Below, piece by piece: positions 1-13,079 of a DNA stretch of 64,000 nt. The notes beneath the pieces are model-generated. The model was not told the DNA's origin, did no database searches, and saw nothing but the letters and a program-made list of their open reading frames with translations. The position numbers and the translations under genes are program-made. Numbering within the stretch: position 1 is the first letter of the stretch; every line of letters starts with the position of its first letter. Where the stretch lies: NCBI GenBank assembly GCA_030264375.1, contig JASCQW010000105.1, positions 14,957,507 to 15,021,506 of the forward strand, read 5' to 3'. Origin of the DNA: Carcharhinus longimanus. Taxonomy: Eukaryota.

Positions 1-1437
1 CCTCCACATCTCTATTACTATTTGGGGGCCTATAGAAAACTCCTAACAACGTGACTGATCCTTTCCTATTTCTAACTACAGTCCATATATAAGAAATTGC
101 ATATGCAGATCACAAGGAAGGATTCTAAGTTTCTTTTGATCAGCAAGTAGCCTTGACTAATTTATCAAATATGCCTCTTTTAGTTTCTGACTTTTGAAGC
201 TACGTGTACAAAAGATTTTCAATTTGCTATGGGAATTTAAAAGCAGCTGCAAGTCTCCATGATATTTTAATGAGGCTGATTTTGGAAATCTGAGTGGGTT
301 GAATGGCCAGCGCATTAAATGGATATGAACTACACATTTCCCTGTTTCCAGTTAGAGTCATGTCCAATTTGAAAATCTGAATTTAAGTCATTTGACTGCC
401 CAGACACACAACTCTCCATTGCACAAATGAATGATAATTTAGAATTGATTAAAGATGATCATTTATACATTCACTAAGTCAAAAGGGAAAACTTTTGGTA
501 TGTGGCAATGGCAGAGTATCAAGTTGTCTTTTTCTACTTATAATTCCCCGCAGATCAATGCAAGCACTTTAAATAAAAAGGATAGAATCTGCAGAAAGAA
601 TGTGATGCTGGGAGATTTGATTTTTCATTTTGTGAACTATAACTAATGTAGTTGAGTAGGTGTTTTGTCACTTTCGAATATTGTCATTATAACCAGAATC
701 ATGAAGAATTGCAAAGGGGTTCACACCCATCAGCACGAATACAAATCATCTGTTAAATTAATTTAGAATGGCCCCAATTACTGGCAGCACTAGTTGCATG
801 TGCAAATTGCATAATGTTTGCTAAATTTCCTGAGAGGCCAAAATCCTGAGTGCAATTTTCCCTACCCCCCCTACCGCCCGAACCAATGATGCAATCGGGT
901 TCATGTTCATGAAGGGTGGGAACCTGATTAGCACATTTTAAAATAAATTTAAATATGATTAGCAGGCTTAACATTGCTACTTTTGCCCTCACCATATGTT
1001 CCTATCCAGCTGACGTGACATGATGCTGGTGCAAATCGCTACCAGTTTCAAAAATGAAACCATGCTGAAACTAATCCCTGGGTGATGCGAGACCTCGATG
1101 TTTGTCATTTTTATAAATGACCGTAGGTGAGGGTGTAGAAGGATGGATTAGTAAATTTGCTGACGACACCAAAGTTGGAGGAGTTGTAGACAGTGAGGAT
1201 GGATNNNNNNNNNNNNNNNNNNNNNNNNNNNNNNNNNNNNNNNNNNNNNNNNNNNNNNNNNNNNNNNNNNNNNNNNNNNNNNNNNNNNNNNNNNNNNNNN
1301 NNNNTAGATTGGTTCCACTGGTTGGCGCAACATCGAGGGCCGAAGGGCCTGTACTGCGCTGTAATGTTCTATGTTCTATATATGCATTAGCCAAATACCT
1401 CTATTCCTTAACTGCTTAGAGTACCCTTTCTTATACC

Positions 1438-1567
1438 CTCATGATGAAGGAACAGCATTCCAAAAGCTTGTGGCATTTACTATCAAATAAACCTGTTGGA
1501 CTTTAACCTGGTGTTGTGAGACTTGTTACTGTGTTTACCCCAGTTCAATGCCGGCATCTCCACATCA
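1438..1567 (+). repeat. Penelope terminal-repeat copy
   Basis: Degenerate hammerhead (atgatgaaggaacagcattccaaaagcttgtgg) followed by aaataaacctgttggactttaacctggtgttgtgagac...ggcatctccacatca. Confidence 0.8.
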
Positions 1568-2026
1568 AAGCAAGTAAACCATGGTGGCCTTAGTACCCTT
1601 CTGTCTTGCCTAAGATTAAAGGCACTAATATTTTCTGTACCCTTTATCTGGTGCCTCTGGAATTCTGCTAATATGTTTGTCTTAGTTTTCACACTGCAAT
1701 GTGTCTGTTTTCACGCATGTTTTGAATTTCTGCTAAAGTTTGCCTTTTTTGCGATTTGGCATTTAATCCTTTTGTGGCCCATAAGTGTTTGATTAATGAA
1801 GCCCTAGGTTACAATTTCCAATCAAGTAACATCTCAGCTGGACTCTCCAGATGACTCTGAAATCAAGACAGCAAAACTGAATGAAAAGATTAATAAACTT
1901 GGAAAATAATTAGCAAATAAGAGAATAAACAAATATTTGGATGAAATTGTGGAAAATGTGGAGCTGGAAGTTCAATTTTTTCAAGTGTCAACAAGAAGAA
2001 TGTGAACGTGTACAGACAGTTGGTAG

Positions 2027-2367
2027 CATATCATAGAATCCCTAAATGCAGAAAGAAGGCATTCACTCCATTGAGCTTGCACCAACAACAATGGTGGATG
2101 ACCAGGCCCTATCACTGTAACCCCATGTAATTGCCCTGTTAACACCCTGACACTAAGGGTCAATTCAGTATGGCCAATCAACCTGTGCATCTTTGAAGTT
2201 GGGAGGAAACAAGAGAAGCTGGAGGAAGCCCACACAGACATGGGGAGAATGTGCAAACTCCACACACAGTCACCTGAGGCTGGAATTGAATCTGGGTCAC
2301 TGGCGCTGTAAGGCAGCAGTGCTAGGCTCTGTGAGGCAGCAGTGCTAACCACTGTGCCACTGTGCTG
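2027..2367 (-). mobile_element. HE1/V-SINE-type SINE
   Basis: Reverse complement of the same head, V-domain and tail (catagaatccct...gtgcaaactccacaca...ctaaccactgtgcc). Confidence 0.85.
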
Positions 2368-3837
2368 TCTGCCTAGCTGGATAAGCTAGAAAATGGCTTG
2401 GGTTCTCTTGGTGCAAGTTTATTCATCTGGTTTGATCAAAACAATGAAACAAGAAGTGTTATGGAGGAAGTGAGGGAAATAATTTTGAAGCTAGTTGTCA
2501 ATTAGACATGCACACTGTCCATAGAAAACTTAAAGGACCCATTGAATGCACATTTTCATTAATATTGGGGAAGAGCAAGAAAAACGTCAATTTCTTCTGT
2601 TTTAAAGTTGAGAAACCTATGTGAAGTTCAGTTGGATCACATTGTGTGCCAAATATGCATCTACATGTGAAGAGGGAAAGATGGTGCAAAAGGTGAAAAC
2701 CCCAGTACAAAACAGGATAGATACTGATCAAGATGTTTCTAAAGAAAACTTTAATGTATCTTCACTACCTGATAATCCGACTTGCTGCATTTACCTGGTT
2801 TTTATTTGATTATAATATGATGTGTGTAATTGTGGAACAAAATGCAAAATTTATTTGTGCAGTTTAAAATTAGCTAGTTGTTAGAAATTTACGATAAGTA
2901 GTTCTTTATGAAGAACTTGTAAAATCATTGTAAAGAAACTTTCACTGTGGTGAAGCTTGCTTTCTTTCTTCCACCGGGAAATATATTATGAAAACCACAC
3001 TTACCTAAAGTCCAAGACGGGGGGGTGAAAGCTCCGAGGCCTGGCAGTCCTCAGACTGGGAGTGGACTACATGTGTGCAATTCAACATTTCAAGTTCTTT
3101 GGGCTGAGGATGGGTCCAGCAAGCATGCACAGAAAGGCAAATAACTCAAAAATAGGGATCATAGACCCAACAGCAGGGAGCCATTGAAGAGGCATTTCTA
3201 GCATGGGACAAAGAGAGGCCCAAAGGGCAGGGCACAGGAAGAGAGCCCAATTAAGTTGAAAGAAGAGCAGTGAAAGAGGGTCCAAGAAGAGGGCTGCAGT
3301 TAGACTTTAAAGTGAAGGCTCAGGAGAGATTCTGGCAATGGAAGAGGGCTTGTGAGAAACGTTTAAGTTGACTCCATGCTGCAAGCCACTGGGGAGAAGG
3401 TAATGCTTTGGAGCAGTGGTGTTCTCAGCATGGCTGAAGAGCTGTTTGAGAGTTGGTGCCTTGGTGCAGATTTGGGAATGGAGTTTCGGACAACAAGATT
3501 GAAATCCTATGAGGTGGATTGTTGTTGACGCTGTCCAAGTTGGAGTGACTTTTGGAGAGAATTCCAAATTGAGATCTTTGAACATGAAGACTGGATTTCT
3601 TACGAGAGAAACAAGTTTGGTTGACTGACATCTGAATGGTTTATTGAGAAATTTGCATACTCTGTCTTGGTAGCATCTGTCATTTATTGTGAAGTGTGAT
3701 GTGTTTGACCACAATTTTTAATTTATACATACCTCACATGTATACGGTAGATATTATAAATTATTTTATCTTTCTGAACTTTATAGTAAAATTTAGTTTT
3801 TTGTTCAAGAATCATAGAATCTTGTGGCTTTATTTCA

Positions 3838-4150
3838 GGACTAGAGGGCACAGCCTCAAGATAAGGGGGGGGCTGTTTAGAACGGAGTTGAGGAGGAACT
3901 TGTTCACTCAAAGGGTGGTGAATCTCTGGAATTCTCTGCCCGTTGAAGTGGTGGAGGCTGCCTCGCTAAATATTTTTAAGTCACGGGTGGATAGGTTTTT
4001 GATAGACAAGGGAATTAAGGGTTATGGGGAGAAGGTGGGAAAGTGGAACTGATCCACTTCAGATCAGCCATGATCTTGTTGAATGGTGGGGCAGTCTTGG
4101 AGGGCTTGATGGCCTACTCCTGCTCCTATTTCTTATGTTCTTATGATCTT
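3838..4150 (+). mobile_element. CR1 3' end
   Basis: RTRGHSLKIRGGLFRTELRRNLFTQRVVNLWNSLP; tail tcctatttcttatgttcttatg. Confidence 0.9.
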
Positions 4151-4719
4151 ATAATTCTTTGCACATGATTTCCCTTTCATGAATCCTTGCTGACTCAACT
4201 TGATTAGCTTATGATTTTCTAAATGTGCCCCTATTACCTTCCTTAATTGATTCTGACATTTTTCCAACACTAGATGTTCGGTTAATCGGGCGATAGTTAC
4301 CTGCTTTTTGCCTCTTTCCCTCTTTGTATAGTGGTGTCACATTGGCAGTTTTCCAATCCTCCAATACTTCTTTCGAATCAGAAAGGATTTTTGGAAAATT
4401 GCAACCAATGAATCCACTATCTGTATTGCTACTTCCTTTAGGATCACTCTGGTGCAGTCACCTCACTCTTCAGACACCCCTTCCAGACAGCCCAAACATC
4501 TCTGGTACCCTGACCCCAAACCCTCACCTCTCTCTCTCCCCCCCAGTCCACAATGTCACCCCGATTGAACAACACGAGCTGAATGGACCAGGACGGCTTT
4601 CTGAGCCCAGCAATAGTGAGAATGTTTGTGGACACTATGGGTATGCAAGAGCTCACCAAAGAGCTGGAACAATCACAGACAATGGGTCTGGTAAAGGACA
4701 GGCATTTATCCAAAGATCA

Positions 4720-5340
4720 ATGTTAAATTTACAAGTTGTGTTTTGGTCTTGGGATACCTTGACCATATCACAGCTGACCTATCGTTTCTGCAGGAGTGTG
4801 AGATGCCTCACCTCAGCACTTACAGTCCATGGTCACGATGGTGGTCTGATTGATCTGATCAGGAGGACATGATTCCTGTTCCTGCAGCCTGGATATTCTG
4901 CTGTGGAGAGGGAACTTCACCATCTCTGATGTTGTGGAGATGATGGGCAGTCACCTCCTCATATCAGACGTATTGTATAAGAATGCTCCGCTCTGGTTAA
5001 TCAATGTGTACACCCCAGCTCAAAACAGCAAGTGATGGGCCATCCTTCAGCAGCTCGCACTGCTGCTGGTGAATTCCAGGCCGGTCACTCTGGACAGTGA
5101 CATGAACATCATCGATATAGCTGGACGATCCAGCAGTGCCAACAGTAAACTGTGTGTCACGTCCAGCCTGATGATGACAATGGTAAGAAAAACCCCAAGC
5201 TGCACAATGTCTTTAGCAGCCCAGGTGACAGAGTGCTGCACAGATTCACCCACTCGAGGCCAGACAGGTCTGACCATTCCAGGATAGAATTCCTGTTTTA
5301 TCCCAAGTGTTCACAGTGAGATCGAATGATGTCAGGCAGG
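4720..5340 (+). mobile_element. L1/Tx1-clade LINE ORF2 AP-endonuclease fragment
   Basis: Decayed ADLSFLQEC, LWLINVYTP, DSDMNII (GDFN-like) and RIEFLF motifs in order. Confidence 0.65.
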
Positions 5341-5439
5341 TGTAGAGATTCTGCTTTCATGATACAGGACATGAATTGGACCATACCTGGAGCATGGTGA
5401 AAGGGTGGAAATCCTTGGAAGCCCTCTTTGATGTAGATT

Positions 5440-7665
5440 GTGAATAGTTGAGACCCAAGCACTGATCTTTGTGTTACCCCACTAGAAACAGGCTGCTCGC
5501 CTCAGAACGAGCATTTATCACTACTCTCTTTTTTCTGTGTGTTAATCAGTTCCCTTATACATATACTGGCATGTACTGCATGCTAGTACATTCCACCAAA
5601 TTTCATCTGCTGTAAAGTTATTTACTAACCTTTTGTGTGGGAACTTATTAAAAGCTTTCTGAAAATCTAAGTACACCAGATCCACCAGTTACAGCTTAAC
5701 TATTCTGCCAATACATTCTTCAAAATCTCCAACCAGTTTGTTAAACTGATTCCCTTTCATAAATCCCCATTGACTGTATCCAATTTCATCATTATTTTGT
5801 CAGTGTTCAGTTATTACATCATCTGTTACAGATCCTAGCATTTTCCCTCTGCCTAATGTCGGGCTAACAGGTTTTTCATTCCCCATATTCTCTCTCCCTT
5901 CTTTCTTAAACATCGGAGTTCAATTTGCATTTTCCAATCTGTAGGAACAATTCCAGAGTCTGTAGAATTTTGAAAGATAACCACCAATGCATCTACTTTG
6001 TCTACAGTCACTACTTTCAGCAGCTGAGGTAGAGACCACCAGGTCTGGGGAAATTTATCTACTTTAAATCTCATTCATTTCTGTATTTCTACGATTCCTA
6101 TCAGCCGAAGAGTATCTTGTAGTTCCTCATTAATGCCAGTCACCTGATCCTACATTATCTATAGGAGGTTTTTAATGGTGATCATTGACATCTGGACAGA
6201 TTATTGAGAAAGTGTGTGTGTTCTGCCTTCGTCATTTCATCTAACATGAGGTTTGAGGTGTGTGTGAGACGAGTGCCTGGAGCTGTGAGGTAGTAACCTA
6301 ATCAATGCACCACTGCGCCTCCTCAAAAATTATTGTGTTTCTTTCAAATTATGGAATCTTATGGCTTTATACCCTTCTTTAGTAACTGGGATTTCAAATT
6401 TGCTCTGTGCACCAAAAAACGTTGATTGTTCCTATTCTGAACATAACCAAATATGGAGCCTCTTCCGATATTGTAACAAATTTGGGGTTTGGTCTGATAT
6501 CGCACCAAGAAACTGCAAAACTCTAGGGTAGAGAGGGATCTGGATGTCCTGGTATAAAAATCATAAAACGTTAGTTTGCATGTACAGCAAGTAATTAGGA
6601 ATATAAATGGGATGTTGGTGTTTATTGTAAGGAGCATCAAGTATAAAAACTGTGCCTGCAGGGGTACAGGGCCTTAGTGAGATTTTGACCTCCTTACAGA
6701 AGATCATGAGATCATAAGACACAAGAACAGAGATAGGCCATTCGGCTCATTGAGTCTGCTCTGTCATTCAATGAGATCAGGACTGGTCTGATGTGATAAT
6801 CCTTCAACTCCATTTTCCCACCTTATTTCCATAACCCTGATTCCATTACTGATTAAAAATCTGTCTCTCTCAGCCCTAAAGATATGTCCCAGCCTCTACA
6901 GCTCTCTGCGGTAAAGAGTTCCAAGGATTCACTACCTCGGAGAGAAGAAATTCCTTCTCAAATCTGTCTTAAATGAACAACCCTTTGCTCTGAGAATATG
7001 GCCTTTCGTCCTGGACCCTCCCACAAGGGGAAACAACCTATCAGCATCCAATCTGTTAAGCCACCTGAGAATCCTATATGTATCAATAAGGTCACCTCTC
7101 ATTCTTCTCAACTCCAATGAGTACAGGCCCATCCTACTTAGCCTCGATTGATAAAAATATCCCTCCATATTTGGAATCAATTTAATGAACTTTCTCTGGA
7201 CTGCCTCTAATGCTGATATGTCTTTTCTGAGGTAAGGAGATGAAGACAGTATTCCAGGTGTGGTCTAACTAGTCACTTGTACAGTTCTAGCAAGACCTCC
7301 CTATTTTCATATTCCATTCCCTTTTCAATAAAGGTCAATATTCCATTTGTCTTCCCTAACACTTGCTGAACTTGCATGCCAGCTTTTTGTGATTTCTGCA
7401 CAAGGATCCCAAATACCTCTGTGCTGCAGCTTTCTGCAGTCTTTCTCTATCTAAGTAATATCCAGCTCCTTTATTCTTCCCACCAATGTGCATAACTTCA
7501 ATTTTCCTGCATTATTTTTCATCTGCCAAGCTTTCACCCACACACCAATTTTTTTTTTATCCCTCTGTGGATTCTGTCATCCTCACCACTTGCCTTCCCA
7601 CCTATTTTTGTGTCATCCTCAAACTTAGCAATAGTACATTCACTTCCCTCATCCAAATGATTAGT
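5440..7665 (-). mobile_element. Patchwork of CR1 fragments, mostly - strand (a + strand piece at ~6510-6690)
   Basis: - strand: GIVPTDWK and LYSLELRRMRGDLIDTYRIL...RRNFFSPR; CR1 tail (catgagatcataagac) near 6705. Confidence 0.8.
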
Positions 7666-8199
7666 ATAGGTATTATAAGAAATGACCATTGAATTCGAAA
7701 CAGATTCCTGGGATGAAGACGGTTATATTATCATTGAAAGCCTGAGCAGGTTTGGCCTATACCCATTGGAGTTTAGGAGAATGAGAGGTGATCTTATTGA
7801 CACATAGAAGACACTGAGGGGATTCGACAGGATTGATGCTGAGCGGATGTTTCCCTTGCGATGGCGTCTTATACAATGGACGGTTTGAAAATTAGCAATC
7901 TCCCAGTTAATAGAGAAATGAGATTTTGTTTTCTATCAGAGGGTGATTTGTGTTGGAATTCTCTACCCCAGTGAACAGTGGAGGCCGGATCACTGACAAT
8001 GTTCAACCAGATCAGTCATGATCTTGTTGAGTGGCAGAGAAGGCTCGAGGGGCCGAATGGCCGACTCCTGTTGCGAATTCTTCTGCTCTTGGAATTGATT
8101 TTTTGTGTGATATCTTACAGACTCCGATTGTGTACAATCTGTACGGTTACATCTAGATGATGCTTCACAGAGATATCAACTCCCAACCACTGTCACTCC

Positions 8200-9960
8200 A
8201 GCTTTCGCTCCTCCATCTCTGTCCCCTCTCCCCCTCTCGTCAACCTTGATCTTCCTTCCTGTTCTCCTGCTCAGTCTGACTTCCCTCTCTCAAATTCTCC
8301 TTCCCCAACCCGCTATCTCTCTGTCCTTCCACTCCATGTCCCTTATGCTTTCCTCTACTCCATATTCCCCACTTCTCCCTGCTAACTTCTTTCCACCTAC
8401 ATTCTCTCTCTCCTTTCTCCCTCTCTCACTCACCTCCCACTCTTCCTTTGTCTCTCCCTCTTTAATTCCTCTCTTCTTACCTTGGGTGGCACGGTGGCAC
8501 AGTGGTTAGCATTGCCAGTCTCACAGTGCCAGCGACCCGGTTTTGATTCCTGGCTTGGGTCACTGTCTGTGCAGAGTCTACACGTTCTCCCTCACATCTG
8601 CGTGGGTTTCCTCCAGGTGTTCCAGTTTCCTTCCACAGTCCGAAAGACATGCTGGTTAGTCATGCTAAATTCTCCTTCAGTGAACCCGAACACGGGCCGA
8701 AGTGTGGTGACTAGGGGATTTTCACACTAACTTCATTGCAGTGTTAATGTAAGAATACTTGTGACACTAATAAACTTGAAACTCAATCTGTTCCGCAATC
8801 TCTCTCCCATTTCCCAAAACCATCCCATCTCCCTGTCAGGCACTCATTTGTCCCTCCTGCTCCTTGTCCCTGCTCCCCATCCACTCTCCCTCAGCACCTT
8901 CCCACTCTCCCCCATCTACGCATAATCTCTCTCCACCTCACATCCTATCCCCTTCCCTCATCATTCTGCTGTTCTTCTCCCCCTCATTCTCCTCTCTTCA
9001 GAGTCTCTCCCTTTTCCCTCTCTCCCACATTCTTCCCTGCCCCCCCTGCTTTATTTCCCATCTTGTCTTTCAAATGGAAGGGTCTGTTTATTTCTTCAGA
9101 ATAAACTTGAGCATGACTGGTCCGAAGTAAATACTCTTTTATTTAAGCGTCTTTTATAAGCGTTTTCCAGAAAGCGAAATAAGGATTACTTAAGAGAGAG
9201 AAAGACAGCAGCGAAAAGCCAGCACTGAGATCGAACAACTCAAAACATAGTCTGGATCAAATAAACTAAGCAGCGATCTGTGTCTACAATATAACTGAAT
9301 ACTTATGTTATTACAAGTTTCGTATAAACAGTCTCCAGCTGCACCAACAACTTGTTTATGTGGCCATGAGAAAGCTTCTGTACATTGTATTTTCAGAGAA
9401 TACAGTGAGATATGGGCCAGACGTGGGCAATTGGGACTAGCTTAAGGGTTAAGAACTGGCGGCTTGGACAAGTTGGGCCGAAGGGCCTGTTTCTCTGCTG
9501 TAAACGTCTGTGACTTTCTGTGACAGCTCAGTCTGGACCCAGAATTTCAAGCTGATGTGACCGAATTAAGTTAGCTTAAAGCATCGCACATTTAGTTCCA
9601 TTAAGCAGAAATACCATAAAATGAAGCCTTTTTAACTGGGCAAACCATACGGAAGATCCCACACAACATTCTCTCCTCTCTCTGACTCTCTCTCTCTCAA
9701 ACCATCCTATTCTTCCTCCCATGCTCCTGCTCTCATTAACTCTCCTCGTTTCTCTTTCTCACACTCTCCCACTTTTGTATTCATGCTCTCTCTCACTCTC
9801 TCTGCCACCCTAAGTTCTGTGCTCTTCCACCCTGATCTCACAGCTTCCCACACTCCCTGCCTTCCAGATGCTCTCTCTACTCTGCCCTTTCTTTCTCACC
9901 CACTCTCCCAATCCCTGTCATCTGCTCTGCCGTTCTCTCTCCTGCTTCCACACTCAAAAC
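8200..9960 (+). repeat. CT-rich low-complexity tracts (~8200-8480, ~8790-9060, ~9660-9960)
   Basis: Strong pyrimidine strand bias with ctctc/tccc runs. Confidence 0.75.
8484..8780 (+). mobile_element. V-SINE-type SINE with an alternative 3' tail
   Basis: Same tRNA head and V domain as the other copies. The tail is ...gggattttcacactaacttcattgcagtgttaatgtaag...cttgtgacactaataaa, not the CR1-type tail. Confidence 0.8.
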
Positions 9961-12900
9961 GTCCCACTCTGACTTGCCCTCTCCATGAATGGGCCAGAAA
10001 CTGGCAAATAGAATTTAATGTTGGCAAGTGTGAGGTGGTCCACTTTGGTAGGAATAATGGTAGGAAGGACTATTACTTACGGGGCGANNNNNNNNNNNNN
10101 NNNNNNNNNNNNNNNNNNNNNNNNNNNNNNNNNNNNNNNNNNNNNNNNNNNNNNNNNNNNNNNNNNNNNNNNNNNNNNNNNNNNNNNCTACCTCTGGTAG
10201 CTTGTTCCAGACACTCACCACCCTCTGTGTGAAAAAATTGCCCCTCTGGACACTTTTGTATCTTCCCCCTCTCACCTTAAACCTATGCCTTCTAGTTTTA
10301 GACTCCCCTACCTTTGGGAAAAGATATTGACTATTTAGCTAATCTGTGCCCTTCATTATTATATAGACCTCTATAAGATCGCGCCAGAGAAGAAAGTCCT
10401 AGTCTATCCAGCCTCTCCTTACAACTCAAACCATTAAGTCCCGGTATCATCCTAGTAAATCTCTTCTGCATCTTTCTAGTTTAATAATATCCTTTCTATA
10501 ATAGGGTGACCTGTACTTAAGTACAAGTAGAGGTCAGAAACCCAAAACGTAAACTGTTGATATCAATGCTGGATGTATAAGTGGCATTTATTTCACAACT
10601 AATTGTTTAGACTGGGCAAGAGTTGCTTAACATTAATATTTAATGGTTCTCAGCTGGTTGTGATATTCGTCTTGTCATCTGATTATTTAAGCTATTGAGT
10701 AATTTGGAAGTAAAATCTGGTATCGTTTCACCTCTGGGAAAAAATTTATTTTTGGAAATTTTATATAATATTTTAGAAGCTGGATAATAGCCAATTGCTG
10801 ATGTAAAGATAATTAAATTCCAATAAGAAAATTTCTTGCTAGCTTACTAAAACTTCAGTTGTCAGTTGAGTGAATAATGTTAATATCACTTTGCCGAGAA
10901 AGTTGAATTGTGTACAGTGGGTTGAAGGTGCATTTGATTTGAATGTTCTCCATCTGGAGTGGCTTTCAGCTTTTCTGACAAGTGCAGCACACATTATGTA
11001 ATCTGTCAGTCTTAAAAGAAATGAGGCATTCATTTGTTATTTTGTTAGTCACTTCAAGCTGCTGGGCTACCTAACATAATTGGTGTTACACATACTAACC
11101 CTTTAAATGTTGAATTTTCTTTATAGTCAATCCTTCAAGAGTATTTAGAATTTTTTGTTCATAGCATGTAAACATTTTATTACTGTATTCTGTATCATTA
11201 CTGTTGATACTTTTCAATGACTGGTTGAAGAAAGGTATGTAAACTAGATCATTTTTATTAGACTGTGGCATATTGCAACCATCACATATAAGACACATTG
11301 TGCATCTTAAAATTTGCAATTTACGTCATATTTCAGTTTGGTAATTTATTATACCTCAAGTAACATTGAGAATGCAGTCAAGAAAATCACATCCCCTCTA
11401 AGATACTAATTATCTGAAACTTATAATTTTTCCGATTGAAGAAGAATTGAATGTTAATTCCTCTGTGCAAGATTCTCCAGTGCATCCTGTTGCCAGGATC
11501 TTCTGGTCCCACCAGTTGTGACCTCTCCACCCTGCACAACGCGTTCTCTGGCAGTAAGGCTGGCAAACAATGCAAATGGCCATTGACTTTGGCGGGACCT
11601 GCTTCCACCACAGAAAATCCCAGCATCTGTTTCTCTCTCCACTGATGCTGCCAGACTTGATGAATTGTTCCAACGTTTTTCCAATTTTAATTCAGATTTC
11701 CAGCGTCTGCATTATTGCTGCCAGACCTGCTGAGATTTTCCAGTATTTTCCCATTTATCTTTCCTGTTGCATCCTTGAAACTGACTGCCTGTTCAGTTAT
11801 TAATACAAATCACTACTGATTCACTGTGAGAAATATAAGTTTGCAGAAACATATTGAGTATTTTTGAGTTTTGGAAAGTTTTTGTCTCAATCTTGAATAA
11901 TTTTCATTCAAATTAAATATAGAGAAAAGAGAAGATGTATTTAGAACAGTTAACTGTTAACTATTTAATTTTTATGCCAACTTTTGCTTTCAAATTTTGT
12001 TAAATTGAAGGAAAATTAAACCAAGAAACTAGTGACTCAGTCATTTTTTTAAGGTTTTATTTTAAGCCAAAAGAAAAGTAATGACCCTGAGAACAGAAAG
12101 AGGAAAGTGCACAGACAAGACATATAGTTTAATGCTATTTTTGTTAGATTCATGAAATAAGTTAAGAAAATCAGATTGAAACAAAAAGGGGGCAGGAGAG
12201 GGGATTCTCCAAGCCTGCTAGCTCTGATTGCAAAACACAATGGCCTGGAGAATCAGGAATTGGCAGGAAAGCTGGTTTTATGCCAGCTCCAAACCCGCTT
12301 TGACCATCCCAGGCTGCGCTGTTGGCCCTGATCTGGTTCCTGCCCATATTGGGCAGAAACCCCATGCAATTTAAAACCACCAATTTAAATATAGTTAGTG
12401 GGCTTGAAGCCCAAGACAAATGGCCTTTGCAATTCATCTGCCTGCCCAGCAGGATCCGCAGCATGCAGGCTTTTGTACTGACCTTCACAAGCCAGGACCT
12501 GGCGTATTGGAGTCAGAGGGTCGACAAAGCACTGCAAAACCTCAGTAATGAGAGGCATTCTTTCTCCACTATGCAAGCATGATGTTTATTCAACCTGACT
12601 CTCTACTCAGGCCCCCTTTTCTCTTCAGACCTCTCCACTCAAAGCTCTTCGGGCAACATACCTTGGCCATGCCAACAGTATACTGCCCCTGGCACTGACA
12701 CCCTGGCCTTGGGCCCTGTGAGGCTTGAGGATGTAGGTCCCCTCTGCTGTTGCCAGGTTGTAGAGGAAGGGTCCCTCAAGCATCCTGGGGGTTGGTGTGC
12801 TCAGGCTGGGGTAAGGGTCTGAGGTCACCACTGTCCACTGGGGTGGGAGTGTTGGGGCTAGACTGCACTTTTAGCATTGACGGACCTGAAGATCACCTCT

Positions 12901-13079
12901 GAGATGACAATTTCAGGCAGTCCTGTGATCGGGTGATAGCAGACCTTTTTGAAGTCCTCTAACAGGGAGGAACCTGTTTTAATTTTGATCGCTATATATT
13001 ACACAACGAAATTTCATACCATCTGCAAACTTTTAGTTTAATGTTCTGTACTTCTTGTTCACAATGCTTGAAAGCAGCC

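Noticed and set aside
1484-1567. CRISPR-like recurring repeat
   Set aside because: Copies are dispersed, in both orientations, without regular spacers, and the context is eukaryotic; they are Penelope ends.
2820-3790. Possible LTR remnant
   Set aside because: Composition is suggestive, but I found no partner LTR, TSD, PBS or coding motif to support it.
4324-4872. 182-aa ORF as a gene
   Set aside because: It spans the junction of a - strand CR1 piece and a Tx1-like fragment, a chance open frame.
9985-10510. CR1 apparently inverted around a gap (similar mismatched flanks at 39283-39382 and 51204-51303)
   Set aside because: Fixed 100-N gaps hide unknown sequence, so the flanks likely belong to different repeat copies and do not show an inversion.
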